A DNA stretch of 64,000 nucleotides from Verrucomicrobiota bacterium (GCA_040386695.1 JAZKFB010000017.1:70146-134145); one strand, 5' to 3'. Shown: positions 35,660-44,789, counted from the stretch's first letter. Numbers and translations are program-made. Notes: a model not told the origin generated them from the sequence alone.

Positions 35660-35915
35660 ATTTGCCCGGCGGGAGGGGTTTGCCCCGCCGGGCGGGTATA
35701 GTGATGGCGAGTGGCCGTCTCTCCGGCTGTCGCACCACTTTTGAGGCTCGGTGTCTCCTGATCCGGTCCGCCGCCGGATCTGAGCTTCCCGGCACGCCGG
35801 GAACGGGGGGATTGGGCGGACACGGTAGGGAGCGACCCAGATTCCGGAGCCCCGGGTAATTACTCCCGGCTGCATCCAGACCGACGCGGTTACGAGCCGC
35901 GCCGCCGCATCCAAA
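35660..35915 (-). ncRNA. candidate structured RNA in early-operon intergenic region
   Basis: At least six consecutive hairpins visible by eye. Confidence 0.35.
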
Positions 35916-35918
35916 ATT

Positions 35919-36206
35919 TCAGACCCGCGCGGAGGTCTCGATGATCAGCGCGAGGAAAAAGACGAATCCGGAAACCAGCACCAGCACGAGGAGCCAGCCG
36001 GTCAGCCTGGAGGAATCGGTTTCAGGAGCCTGAACCGGCCATCCGTTCCGCATTTCGTATTCGTGATCCTCCTCCGTCTTCGGGTGCCGGAAGATCAGCG
36101 CGAGCGCCAGCAGCAGCACCCAGCGGCGGACGAGGAGCCAGACGCCGTATCCGGCGAGGGCAAACAGCGCGCCGTGAAAGAGGCCGGAAAGAATGGCGGT
36201 GGTCAT
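35919..36206 (-). CDS. small membrane protein
   Basis: Hydrophobic N- and C-terminal segments; coupled to upstream gene. Confidence 0.6.
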   Translation of the reverse strand: MTTAILSGLFHGALFALAGYGVWLLVRRWVLLLALALIFRHPKTEEDHEYEMRNGWPVQAPETDSSRLTGWLLVLVLVSGFVFFLALIIETSARV

Positions 36207-36472
36207 GATGTGGCACCGCCTTTCGGTTGAGGATATTCACCGCAGAGAATGCGGTCCTCAACGGCTTCCACGTCATCCAGCGCGAACAGCCGGCGGGGTT
36301 TCTGGCGGACGGAGGTTACTTTTTCGCAGCGGTGCTTGAGCCAGCCAGCGGCAATGGCGTCATCCGTGATCTGTTGCCCGAGCTTGCGCTCCACGTCCAT
36401 CAGGGAGAGGATGCGGGGCGGCGGGATCTGACGGGCCCGGCAGTCAGGTTTTTTGACGGGCGGCTTCATCAC
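36203..36472 (-). CDS. excisionase-like DNA-binding protein
   Basis: RILSLMDVER..G...AIAAGWL...RRLFALDDV winged-helix pattern; second gene of the early operon. Confidence 0.5.
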   Translation of the reverse strand: MMKPPVKKPDCRARQIPPPRILSLMDVERKLGQQITDDAIAAGWLKHRCEKVTSVRQKPRRLFALDDVEAVEDRILCGEYPQPKGGATS

Positions 36473-36681
36473 GCGGCCTCCTGAGTGCGGGTTTTGCGGC
36501 GGGCGGGAGCTTTGGGGGCGTTGTGCGGCGAAGGCTTAGGCACAGAAACAAATTCAAGAACCAGCTCCTTAAGGAGCGCAGCTTTGCTCAGACCTCGTTC
36601 TGCGGCTCGAATCCCAAGCTGACGGCAAGAGTCGCTCGGAAGCAGAGTTCCAACATAAGTTGAATGGGTTGGTGTTTTCAT
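36469..36681 (-). CDS. ribbon-helix-helix regulator in Cro position
   Basis: YVGTLLP-SDSCRQLGIRAAERGLSKAALLKELV. Confidence 0.65.
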   Translation of the reverse strand: MKTPTHSTYVGTLLPSDSCRQLGIRAAERGLSKAALLKELVLEFVSVPKPSPHNAPKAPARRKTRTQEAA

Positions 36682-36684
36682 AAA

Positions 36685-36789
36685 GGTGATATATCACCCA
36701 TCCAAGCAGGTGGTATATCACCCGTCAAGATGGAATTTTGTTTTTTTGTGAAATTGGATTGCAGCTCGCCAGACGGGTGATATGTCACC
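36685..36789. promoter_or_regulatory. three palindromic operators, consensus GGTGATATATCACC
   Basis: 36685-36698 perfect; 36709-36722 and 36776-36789 one mismatch each; minus-strand TTGACG abuts the second. Confidence 0.85.
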
Positions 36790-36791
36790 CC

Positions 36792-37001
36792 ATGGCAAAC
36801 CAAAGAGACAAATCAAAAAGATTGGTCGGATTCTTCGCGACTCCCGAGGAAAAGGCAGCTATTCAAGCTGCCGCTAATTCGCGCGGTATCAGTGTCGCGG
36901 AATTACTACGAGGAATCGCTCTTGGCACATTGAAGCCCGAGGCTCCCGGTGCTGACATTGAAAGCGAGCGCAGATCGGCTGCAAAAAAGAAACCGAAATA
37001 G
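36792..37001 (+). CDS. ribbon-helix-helix regulator in CI position
   Basis: RLVGFFATPEEKAAIQAAANSRGISVAELLR; ATG 3 nt after the third operator. Confidence 0.7.
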   Translation: MANQRDKSKRLVGFFATPEEKAAIQAAANSRGISVAELLRGIALGTLKPEAPGADIESERRSAAKKKPK

Positions 37002-37277
37002 ATTACCCCTTATCGCCAGCCTCTTCTGAAGCAGTTCCGACGCCCCACGTCATCGACGCACGGGGGAAAATAATGAGGACGGGCAGGTGTGTGGGCTGCA
37101 TTTGCGAGTAGTTGACGTGCGTTACAAGGTCGGTGAATCCCCCGTCAATTAAGCGAGGGTGAGCATTAGATTTGTTGATACGGGCCACTAAGGCAAGGTG
37201 TTTCAACGGGAATTCATCTTTTATTTTTTCGGCCTTAATGTCTTGCGCTTCATTTTCCGAAAAGGTATGGCTCCGCA

Positions 37278-37802
37278 ATGAAGCTCTGGACTCTCCTTGC
37301 CCCTTTCGTGATTCTGTCGGCAGCTTCGGCTCAGGAAAAAATAGAATCCGCCTTCGGAAAAAAGCTCGGGGATGCGTTCGATGTCAAAAAAGCCGTCGGA
37401 AAAGGCGCGCTGACAGACGGAACCCCGATGTTTCAATTTGCGCCAGAGAAGCCGTTCAGGTCGCTCAAAAAATACTTCGTCCTCGTTACCCCCACGACGA
37501 ACAAAATTTACTGCATATGGGCGATAGGGGGCGCGGCGAATACCGAGGCGGGAAAAAAGGAGCAGGCCGTCATAATGGCTTTGCTTGAGAAGAAATACGG
37601 AGCCCCGGTAAAGCCTGATTTATCCGACAATCTTTACGATTTGAAGAAAATCATTCAGGGCGAGCGGATGGTTATGACAAAGGTCACAGGCATCACCGAT
37701 GTGACCTTGGAGCTGCGGTATTGGGATTTTGCCCTGAAGGAAGTCGCCGAAAAGGAGAGGATCGCCATTGAGGCCGCAAAAGCGGGCGGCGACGGACTTT
37801 AA
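37278..37802 (+). CDS. secreted/periplasmic protein
   Basis: Signal peptide MKLWTLLAPFVILSAASA. Confidence 0.75.
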   Translation: MKLWTLLAPFVILSAASAQEKIESAFGKKLGDAFDVKKAVGKGALTDGTPMFQFAPEKPFRSLKKYFVLVTPTTNKIYCIWAIGGAANTEAGKKEQAVIMALLEKKYGAPVKPDLSDNLYDLKKIIQGERMVMTKVTGITDVTLELRYWDFALKEVAEKERIAIEAAKAGGDGL

Positions 37803-37816
37803 GGCAGAACCGGGGC

Positions 37817-38542
37817 GTGATTTTGAAAAAGCTGAAGGGATTCATCCTGAAGGTCTTTGGAGCTCTGGCCATTTTTATGGGAGCTTCCCTCATCTTGGGA
37901 GAAACTATCATCAGCGATCCAACGTCCAGAGATGCATCGGCTTTTGTGGTTGGTTTAGGCGCTGTTTTTTGCTTCGTCGGGTGGGGAATGTGGGCGCGGG
38001 GCAAAAGAATGTCGCGGGGCGCGCCATCCGAAAGAAGGCAAGGCGCATACACCCTCAAAAAAGTAAGCATTCTGACCGTGGACGATAAAGCGGAGGCAGG
38101 GCTCGGTCGCTGGTATCGGCTTCGGCATTGGCGGACTGACAATTTCCTGATGATGGGCGTCACGTGGCCGGACGAATGGAAGAAGTTTTCCGACCATGAG
38201 GACGTGGCCGGAGGGTCTTTCGAAGGACGGGACAAGGCATTTTTCAAAATTTGGCAGGCTCCCGACTTCGGAATTTACCTTCAGAGAGAGGAGGATAATC
38301 GGCATGATCCCAATGCGATCCAAGTGATGGGCCGCGCCACAATCAGGGGGAGGCTGGAATCATATCGCCTGGGATACATCGAAAGGGATACCGCCCTCTT
38401 TTTGGCTGGAATTCCGGAACTGGACGCGCGCCTGCATAGCGTCTGGTTGCCGGTGAGAAATCTCCACTTCAGCCTGCGGATAATCGTCCTGGTGCGGGCT
38501 ACGCCAAAAAAGCGGAGCGGGCCGCCACCATTACCGACATGA
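37817..38542 (+). CDS. membrane-anchored HIRAN-domain protein
   Basis: Two N-terminal TM segments; VAG.SF, LQREEDNRHDPNAIQV, LGYI. Confidence 0.75.
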   Translation: MILKKLKGFILKVFGALAIFMGASLILGETIISDPTSRDASAFVVGLGAVFCFVGWGMWARGKRMSRGAPSERRQGAYTLKKVSILTVDDKAEAGLGRWYRLRHWRTDNFLMMGVTWPDEWKKFSDHEDVAGGSFEGRDKAFFKIWQAPDFGIYLQREEDNRHDPNAIQVMGRATIRGRLESYRLGYIERDTALFLAGIPELDARLHSVWLPVRNLHFSLRIIVLVRATPKKRSGPPPLPT

Positions 38543-38616
38543 AACCCTCATTCCCGCGATAATGTGAGATTAAGGCCGTCGATTCAAGACGCTTTGCAGC
38601 GGAGCGGGCAGGAACT

Positions 38617-39534
38617 TCAGGATTGCGACGCGGGAGCTGCATCCTCTTGTTTTTTTGGCAAATACTTCGCCCATTTTTCCTGAAGATATTCCCAGAAACC
38701 TTCGACAGGAAGGAATTGATTAATTTGCGCAAGTTCTCTGCCAGTATTAGTCAGCAATGCGGAGCCCATTTCAAGTTGACTAAAATTAGTATCAGGGCGT
38801 TCCAAATTTAAAGTTTTATCAAAATATCGCACTGGAATCACTGGGGCACTAAAGCGAAGGGCGAATTTTTGCTGGTTAAAGCTTAAAACGCCAATGCTTT
38901 CCAAGTAAATTAATGAACCGAAGGCAACCTTGTTATTTGTATAAATAGGATCTTGCCAATTGAAAATCGCAAGAGTAACTTCTTCGCCGACGGTTAAGCA
39001 AAACCCGAAAATTTTAGATATGAGTTCTGCATCTGATTTCTCTAGTTCAGATATAAAATTTATAGTCCTTTTCGAAAAAGAGCCTGGTGAGTTTGCCTCA
39101 CCGGCGAGCACTCGCGCCCAGAGATCCTGCATTTCAGAATCAGAAACTATGCGGCATTTATCGAAGAAATTAGTTATCCAATCACTGTTGACTGCCTCCG
39201 GTTTAGCATCCGCGTTTAAGTGTAAAATAGCTGTCCCGGCGATGGATTCCATATTCAATTGTCGTTGTATATCTTCTTCCTCGCGCCTGTGTTTTGCTCG
39301 ACGGCGCACATCCTCCTCATATACATCAGTATGAACTCTAATCGCGGAGGCAGTGGCGGCGGCTTGCTCAATTATGATTCTTGCCTCGCCTATGGCTTTT
39401 GCCATTTGGACAGTATATTTAGGCTTGCAACAACTTCCGATGGCTTTGCAAAAATTTTCAGTGACAATTTCAAGTGATTTTGAAACGTCTCCAAGATTTA
39501 AATTTAGTAACGCAGGGGAGTTATCTTCTGGCAT
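38617..39534 (-). CDS. DUF2806-like protein (AT-rich moron)
   Basis: RQLNMESI, DWITNFFDKCRIVSDSEMQDLWARVLAGEANSPGSFSKRT. Confidence 0.75.
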   Translation of the reverse strand: MPEDNSPALLNLNLGDVSKSLEIVTENFCKAIGSCCKPKYTVQMAKAIGEARIIIEQAAATASAIRVHTDVYEEDVRRRAKHRREEEDIQRQLNMESIAGTAILHLNADAKPEAVNSDWITNFFDKCRIVSDSEMQDLWARVLAGEANSPGSFSKRTINFISELEKSDAELISKIFGFCLTVGEEVTLAIFNWQDPIYTNNKVAFGSLIYLESIGVLSFNQQKFALRFSAPVIPVRYFDKTLNLERPDTNFSQLEMGSALLTNTGRELAQINQFLPVEGFWEYLQEKWAKYLPKKQEDAAPASQS

Positions 39535-39649
39535 GATGATATAAAAAGGAAAAACTCCCTTTTTTCGAGGAGTGAGAAATCATTGCTTAATTAAGCTTGC
39601 GTGCACGTAAAATCTGCGCGCAGATGAAAATTTCCTAAAATCGACACGA

Positions 39650-39677
39650 AAAAGGGGAGACCCGGAAGCCTCCCCCG
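39650..39677 (-). terminator. intrinsic terminator
   Basis: Minus strand GGGGGAGGC-ttccgg-GTCTCCCC followed by a T-run. Confidence 0.5.
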
Positions 39678-39746
39678 CACTCGGCCATTTTACCCCGCCG
39701 CAGGGGGCGGCGGTTTAACCCGCTGCTAAATGATCAGAGCCAAGTC

Positions 39747-39896
39747 CTAGGAATGACGGCGGCGGCCGGGGCACAAAGGGTTCTTGCAAATGCAATACCA
39801 CTTTTCGTCCTCGACGCGAAAGCCATCTTTCCAGCGGACATTGGACATCGTCGCGGAGCTGCCGCATCTGCGGCAAATCGTTGGGAATGCGCCCAT
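39747..39896 (-). CDS. small C4 zinc-finger protein, Ogr/Delta-like
   Basis: CRRC...WYCICKNPLC. Confidence 0.4.
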   Translation of the reverse strand: MGAFPTICRRCGSSATMSNVRWKDGFRVEDEKWYCICKNPLCPGRRRHS

Positions 39897-39939
39897 AAGG
39901 TCTGTTGAAAATTGGGATTCGAATTGAATTACCAATTGA

Positions 39940-40066
39940 CCCTGGTGACCTGTGGCCGCATACTACGGTGTCTCCCACAGATATCACCCCACTCAGGGGG
40001 CGGCCGTCAATCCTTCGGCCGCGCTTCGAATTCAAGGGCCCGAAGTTAGCGCTTCGGGCCCTTTTT
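39940..40066 (+). ncRNA. candidate small RNA ending in an intrinsic terminator
   Basis: Nested stem 39940-39998, GCGGCCG/CGGCCGC stem, AAGGGCCCGAAG/CTTCGGGCCCTT followed by a T-run. Confidence 0.4.
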
Positions 40067-40342
40067 ACGCTCCGGCGGAAAGCCGCAGCAAATTTTACGA
40101 TGAAATTCAGCACGAGGGAAACTTGCCTTAATTATTTAAGTCCCTCAAGAGGCAATTCCAAAATTCGACCGAAAAATATTATCAAATCAACACATCTGGA
40201 TACGTTGATTTGAACTAAAAGCCCCACCTGGTGCGCGCTAAGAGCTTCCGAAACACAAGATATTGGTCAATCCGCATTCGCGTATTTTTTAAAAGAATGC
40301 GGAATTTTACTTATTTTTGAATTCGCTTTTCTCCGATCAAAT

Positions 40343-41479
40343 CTACCCCATCAAATCCGGCAGCCCTTCCGCCGCCTTCCGCATGGACTCATCGGAAACG
40401 GTGGCGCGGCTCGGCTGCGACCATGAGCGGTTGATGTCGCTGTCATTGGCGATCAGGTGGCCGTAGTGCCGCTCGACGATCTCAATGCCATCCCCCAGCC
40501 ATTTGGCCACCTTGTAGCAGCTCACTCCGGAGGAAACCAGCAGACTGGCGAACGTCCGCCGCAGATCGTGGAAGGTGAATTCCTCCAGCCCCAGGGCCAG
40601 CATGTGCGAGTCAAACCAGTATTTGAAGTTGAACCGGTAAGGTCCCCTGCCCTTCACGGCGTCGGGCGCGAGCATGTAGGGCGAGCGCAGACCGTATTCC
40701 TTGAGAAAGGCCAGAAACTCCGGGGTCAGCGGCACGGTGCGGTTCTCCCGGTCCTTGATCAGAAAATCCTCCTCGTTCTGGATGTGCAGCAGCCCCGCCT
40801 CCAGATCAAACCACTTCGGCCGGCAGGCGATCACCTCGGCTTTCCGGAGGCCCGCATGAAGCGCGGCAAAGAGGCAGAACCTCAGCTCCACCGCCTTTTT
40901 CCCGTCAACCGCCGTGCGCGCGTTGAGCGCCAGCAGTGCCTGCTCCCTGCTCAGGAAGACCTTCCGCAGCGCCGGCGAAGTTTTCGGAACCTCGATTCCC
41001 TCGAAGGGGCTCTTCAGAATAACCCCCTCCTGAATCAGCCACACGAAAAACGGCTTCACCCATGCCGCGTAGGTTGCCGCCGTCCTGGCGTTCACCGGCG
41101 GCTTCTTCGTCGGGGTTTTCCGGTGCTTGTAATACCGGTCCCCGGAGGTGATTCCCTCCTGCCACGCCCGCGCCTGCGCCTGTGTCACGCGCCGGGGTGA
41201 CGGATCGAAATATTCCGCGGCCTCCTCCAGGCAGAGCCGCAGGTTTTGCATCCACCACTCAGTGCATCCCTTCCTTTTTTTGTGGGCTATGTATTTCCCG
41301 ATCCACTCCGTCAGACTTCCGGTGGCGGTGTGGGCGTGAGGACGAGCCTTGATTTTGCGGGCGGCGGCAATAGCCTCCATTTCGTCGCCGGTGCGCAGAT
41401 TGATCCGAACCTGCGCCGCCTTTTCGGCCGGCCTGAAGCGGAACCAGTATGTTTTCCCCCGAAGATAAACGCCCTCCAT
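40343..41479 (-). CDS. int: tyrosine integrase
   Basis: AGLRKAE, K in LIKDRENRTVP, HDLRRTFAS, WLGD, HYGH; adjacent to attR. Confidence 0.95.
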   Translation of the reverse strand: MEGVYLRGKTYWFRFRPAEKAAQVRINLRTGDEMEAIAAARKIKARPHAHTATGSLTEWIGKYIAHKKRKGCTEWWMQNLRLCLEEAAEYFDPSPRRVTQAQARAWQEGITSGDRYYKHRKTPTKKPPVNARTAATYAAWVKPFFVWLIQEGVILKSPFEGIEVPKTSPALRKVFLSREQALLALNARTAVDGKKAVELRFCLFAALHAGLRKAEVIACRPKWFDLEAGLLHIQNEEDFLIKDRENRTVPLTPEFLAFLKEYGLRSPYMLAPDAVKGRGPYRFNFKYWFDSHMLALGLEEFTFHDLRRTFASLLVSSGVSCYKVAKWLGDGIEIVERHYGHLIANDSDINRSWSQPSRATVSDESMRKAAEGLPDLMG

Positions 41480-41489
41480 GATTCCTAAC

Positions 41490-41510
41490 TGTGCTCAGCG
41501 CTTGTGCTCA
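41490..41510 (+). repeat. integrase arm-type sites (TGTGCTCA x2)
   Basis: Same core as 440-467; ~10 bp upstream of the int start. Confidence 0.72.
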
Positions 41511-41587
41511 AATCAAGCAAAATCACCGTTTTAACCGCACAATTTTCCGGATTCACCCGGTAAAAACGGTGTAAAAACATCAAATCT

Positions 41588-41600
41588 ATGATCTCGCTTC
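41588..41600 (+). repeat. attR core ATGATCTCGCTTC
   Basis: Identical to 339-351; first 13 nt of the ABC ATPase gene. Confidence 0.88.
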
Positions 41601-42358
41601 GTGAACTCACCAAGGTCTTTGCCGGGAAGCCGGCGGTGGACCGGCTGTCGCTGGAGATTCCGGGCGGGCAGATTGTTGGTTTTCTGGGACCCAACGGAGC
41701 CGGGAAATCGACGACGCTGAAGATGCTGACGGGCATGCTGCGGCCGACTTCGGGCACGGCCGTGATCGCCGGGCACGATCTGCTGACGGATCCGCTGGCG
41801 GTGAAGCGCAGTGTGGGGTTTGTGCCGGAAAGCGGGGCGCTCTATGAATCCCTGACGGGCTTGGAGTATTTGCGCATGGTGGCCGCGCTGTATGGCCTGG
41901 AAAGTCATCAGGCGGACGCCCGCATCCGGGAGTTCATCCAGTTTTTCGAGCTCACGTGGGACACTCTGACGGACAAGCTGCTGGGAGCCTACAGCAAGGG
42001 CATGAGGCGCAAGGTGGTGATCATCTCCTCGCTGCTGCACAATCCGCCGGTGATTCTTTTCGACGAGCCGCTGGACGGTCTGGACGCGAATGCGGCCGTC
42101 GGTTTCAAGGCGCTGATCCAGACGCTGGCCAAACAGGGACGGACGGTGGTTTACAGCTCCCACATTCTGGATGTGGTGGAGCGGGTCTGCGACCGGGTGG
42201 TCATCATCAACCAGGGGGTGCTCGCGCTGGATGGCGCGCCGGACGCCCTGATGGCCGCGCACGGCGGCATTCCGCTGGAGGAGATTTTCACCCGGCTGAC
42301 GGGCGGTGATCAGCTCCGCGAGCGCGCCGAGGCCTTTGCGAAAACCTTTGAAGCATGA
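41588..42358 (+). CDS. ABC transporter ATP-binding protein
   Basis: GPNGAGKST, YSKGM, LFDEP, SSH. Confidence 0.95.
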   Translation: MISLRELTKVFAGKPAVDRLSLEIPGGQIVGFLGPNGAGKSTTLKMLTGMLRPTSGTAVIAGHDLLTDPLAVKRSVGFVPESGALYESLTGLEYLRMVAALYGLESHQADARIREFIQFFELTWDTLTDKLLGAYSKGMRRKVVIISSLLHNPPVILFDEPLDGLDANAAVGFKALIQTLAKQGRTVVYSSHILDVVERVCDRVVIINQGVLALDGAPDALMAAHGGIPLEEIFTRLTGGDQLRERAEAFAKTFEA

Positions 42359-44010
42359 GCGCCGGCACGGGAACCGGACCACGGTCAGGCACGGGAACGC
42401 CGAAGGAGGTGGAGAAACTTCAGCGGGCCGCGCTTTACCGGCTTTTCACCGCTCTCTACTGGCGCGGACGGCAGACGCTGCGGAACCAGAGCGCCGCCAA
42501 AAGCACGATCATGGCCCGGAAGTATGTGCCGCTGCTGCTTTATATCCTGATCGGCATGGCCCTGCTGCCCTTCGCGGCCATGAAGGTGCCGCCCATGGTT
42601 TTCGCCACCATGCCCCATGCCATGACCCTGATGCTGGCGGGCATGGCCATGGCCTCGGCCTGCGGCACGCTGCTTTTCAATGATCAGGAATCCGATATTC
42701 TCCTGCACCGTCCGGTCCCGGCGCGGCTGATTCTCATCGCCAAAGTCCGGGTGCTGTTTGTCCAGACGGTGAGCCTGGCGCTGGCGCTGAACACGGTGAT
42801 CATGATCGCCTCGCCTCTCAGGGGCGGCGGATCGTGGCGTTATGTTCCGGCCCACATTTTCTCGGTGGCCCTGGAGGCCCTGTTCTGTGTCGGCGCGGTG
42901 GTGCTGGCGTTCCAGCTCTGTGTGAAACTGTTCGGTCAGGCGCGGCTCCAGAGCCTTATCACCATCTCGCAGGTGCTCATGGCCATGTTCCTGATGCTGG
43001 GCAGCCAGCTGGCCCCGCGCCTGATGCGGACCACGGATTTTGTGCACTGGGACACCAGCCCGTGGCTGATGGCTCTGCCGCCGGCGTGGTTCGGCGCCCT
43101 AGACACGCTGGCGGTGACGCTTCAGCCCACCCCGCCGCTGCTGGCCGGGGCGGGACTGGCCCTGGGGCTCACGGCCCTGATCACCTGGCTGGCTTTTGTC
43201 AGGCTCGCGGGAACTTATGAGGAGGCGGTGGTCACGCTGAACGAGCACACCTCCTCCCCCGGCCCCGTGACCGGCGGCAAAAAGCGCTGGGCGGAGCGGC
43301 TGGCGCACCTGCCGGGCATGCGCTGGTGGCTGCGGGATCCCGTGGAGCGCATCGGCTTCCTGCTCACCGCCGTGCAGCTGACCCGCGCCCGCGATGTCAA
43401 ACTGCGGGTTTACCCCCAGATCGCCCAGTTCATCCTCTATCCGATTATTTTCAGCATCGGCACGCGCGGCGATTCCTCGGGATTCGCCGGGGGCGCGGTG
43501 GCCGGATTCCTGGGCATCATTCCCCTGACCGCCGTGAGTCTGCTGCGTTATTCCGAGGAATACCGGGGGGCGGAGCTGTTCCGCTTCGCCCCGCTGACCT
43601 CTCCGGCGGCTCTGTTTTTCGGCGCGAGGAAAGCGGCGATGGTGCTGGTGGTGCTGCCGGTGGTGGTGGTGTGGTCGGTGCTGCTGCTGGTGATTTCCCG
43701 GGATGCCTCCGTGCTCCTCCTGCTGCTGCCGGGGCTGATCGTGGCCCACGTCATCAGCCTGCTGCCCTCCGTGAACTCGCCGTTCCTGCCCTTTTCCGAA
43801 ACCCAGGCGGACAGCAAAAGCATGGGGCTGGGCTGTCTCACCATGATCCTCGGGCTGGGCAGCGCGCTGGCCATCGGAGTCGTCTCCGCCATCGCCAGAT
43901 CCTACGGGTATTTCACCGTCTGGCTGCTTTTTCTGATGATCACCGGAGCGGCCTGCGATTGGGTCTTCCGCCGCGCCATCCGCCGCCATGCCATTGCCTC
44001 CGATGAGTGA
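42355..44010 (+). CDS. ABC transporter permease
   Basis: Many TM segments; coupled to the ATPase gene. Confidence 0.8.
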   Translation: MSAGTGTGPRSGTGTPKEVEKLQRAALYRLFTALYWRGRQTLRNQSAAKSTIMARKYVPLLLYILIGMALLPFAAMKVPPMVFATMPHAMTLMLAGMAMASACGTLLFNDQESDILLHRPVPARLILIAKVRVLFVQTVSLALALNTVIMIASPLRGGGSWRYVPAHIFSVALEALFCVGAVVLAFQLCVKLFGQARLQSLITISQVLMAMFLMLGSQLAPRLMRTTDFVHWDTSPWLMALPPAWFGALDTLAVTLQPTPPLLAGAGLALGLTALITWLAFVRLAGTYEEAVVTLNEHTSSPGPVTGGKKRWAERLAHLPGMRWWLRDPVERIGFLLTAVQLTRARDVKLRVYPQIAQFILYPIIFSIGTRGDSSGFAGGAVAGFLGIIPLTAVSLLRYSEEYRGAELFRFAPLTSPAALFFGARKAAMVLVVLPVVVVWSVLLLVISRDASVLLLLLPGLIVAHVISLLPSVNSPFLPFSETQADSKSMGLGCLTMILGLGSALAIGVVSAIARSYGYFTVWLLFLMITGAACDWVFRRAIRRHAIASDE

Positions 44011-44644
44011 GAACGAACCCCCCGGGGCCTCCGCCGCCCGTTCCGGTCCGCCCGCCGGCATCACCCTTGAATGCCACACCGGCGGCGCCATCCAGCCGTT
44101 CATTGCCGACGCCGCGCGCCTGCGCATCGCCGTGTTCCGGGAATGGCCCTATCTTTACGCCGGTGACGACGCCTATGAGCGCGATTACCTGCTGACCTAC
44201 AGCAGCCATCCGGACAGCCTGTTTGTCGTCGCCAAAGCCGGCGGTGAAGTCGTCGGCATCTCCACCGGCATCCCGCTGCGCGACGAGACCGCCGAGGTCA
44301 AAGCGCCCTTCCCCGCCGCCGGCATGGATCCGGACAGCGTGTTTTATTTCGGGGAAAGCGTGCTCCTCCCCGCCTGGCGCGGGCGCGGCATCGGCGTCCG
44401 GTTTTTTGAGGAACGCGAGCGTTTCGCCCGCTCCCTGCCCGGCATCCGCCACGCCGCGTTCTGCGCCGTGGACCGGCCGGCTGATCATCCGGCGCGGCCC
44501 GCGGATTACGTGCCGCTGGACGTTTTCTGGGGAAAACGCGGTTTTCAGAAAACCACGCTCCGCACGCAGTTCACCTGGAAGGAGACCGGCGGGGCGGAGG
44601 AGTCTCCGAAGTGGCTGACGTTCTGGATGAAAGCGTTATCCTGA
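44003..44644 (+). CDS. GNAT-family acetyltransferase
   Basis: LRIAVFREWPYLY, YFGESVLLPAWRGRGIG. Confidence 0.85.
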   Translation: MSENEPPGASAARSGPPAGITLECHTGGAIQPFIADAARLRIAVFREWPYLYAGDDAYERDYLLTYSSHPDSLFVVAKAGGEVVGISTGIPLRDETAEVKAPFPAAGMDPDSVFYFGESVLLPAWRGRGIGVRFFEERERFARSLPGIRHAAFCAVDRPADHPARPADYVPLDVFWGKRGFQKTTLRTQFTWKETGGAEESPKWLTFWMKALS

Positions 44645-44789
44645 GCCGGCCTCCTTCCGGCGGGCGCCGGCCGCCATTTCCGGAAAGCCTGTGCCCGGGC
44701 ACTGCGGGAGGGGGAAACCGGCCATTCCGGAAATCGTGGAATTTTTCCAGGGATTTCCGGCGGGCTCCGTGATGCTGGGAAAGAACGCC

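Larger units (their letters stand above)
339..41600. mobile_element. intact-looking temperate siphovirus-like prophage (HK97-type head)
   Basis: Integrase, switch, recombination/replication, terminase, lysis, head and tail modules lie between 13-bp direct repeats. Confidence 0.93.

Noticed and set aside
35660-35915. Possible tRNA
   Set aside because: No TTCGA T-loop or canonical cloverleaf found; kept only as a generic structured-RNA candidate.
37003-37278. 91-aa minus-strand ORF after the putative repressor
   Set aside because: TTG start, no motifs, and it overlaps the likely promoter of the next gene.
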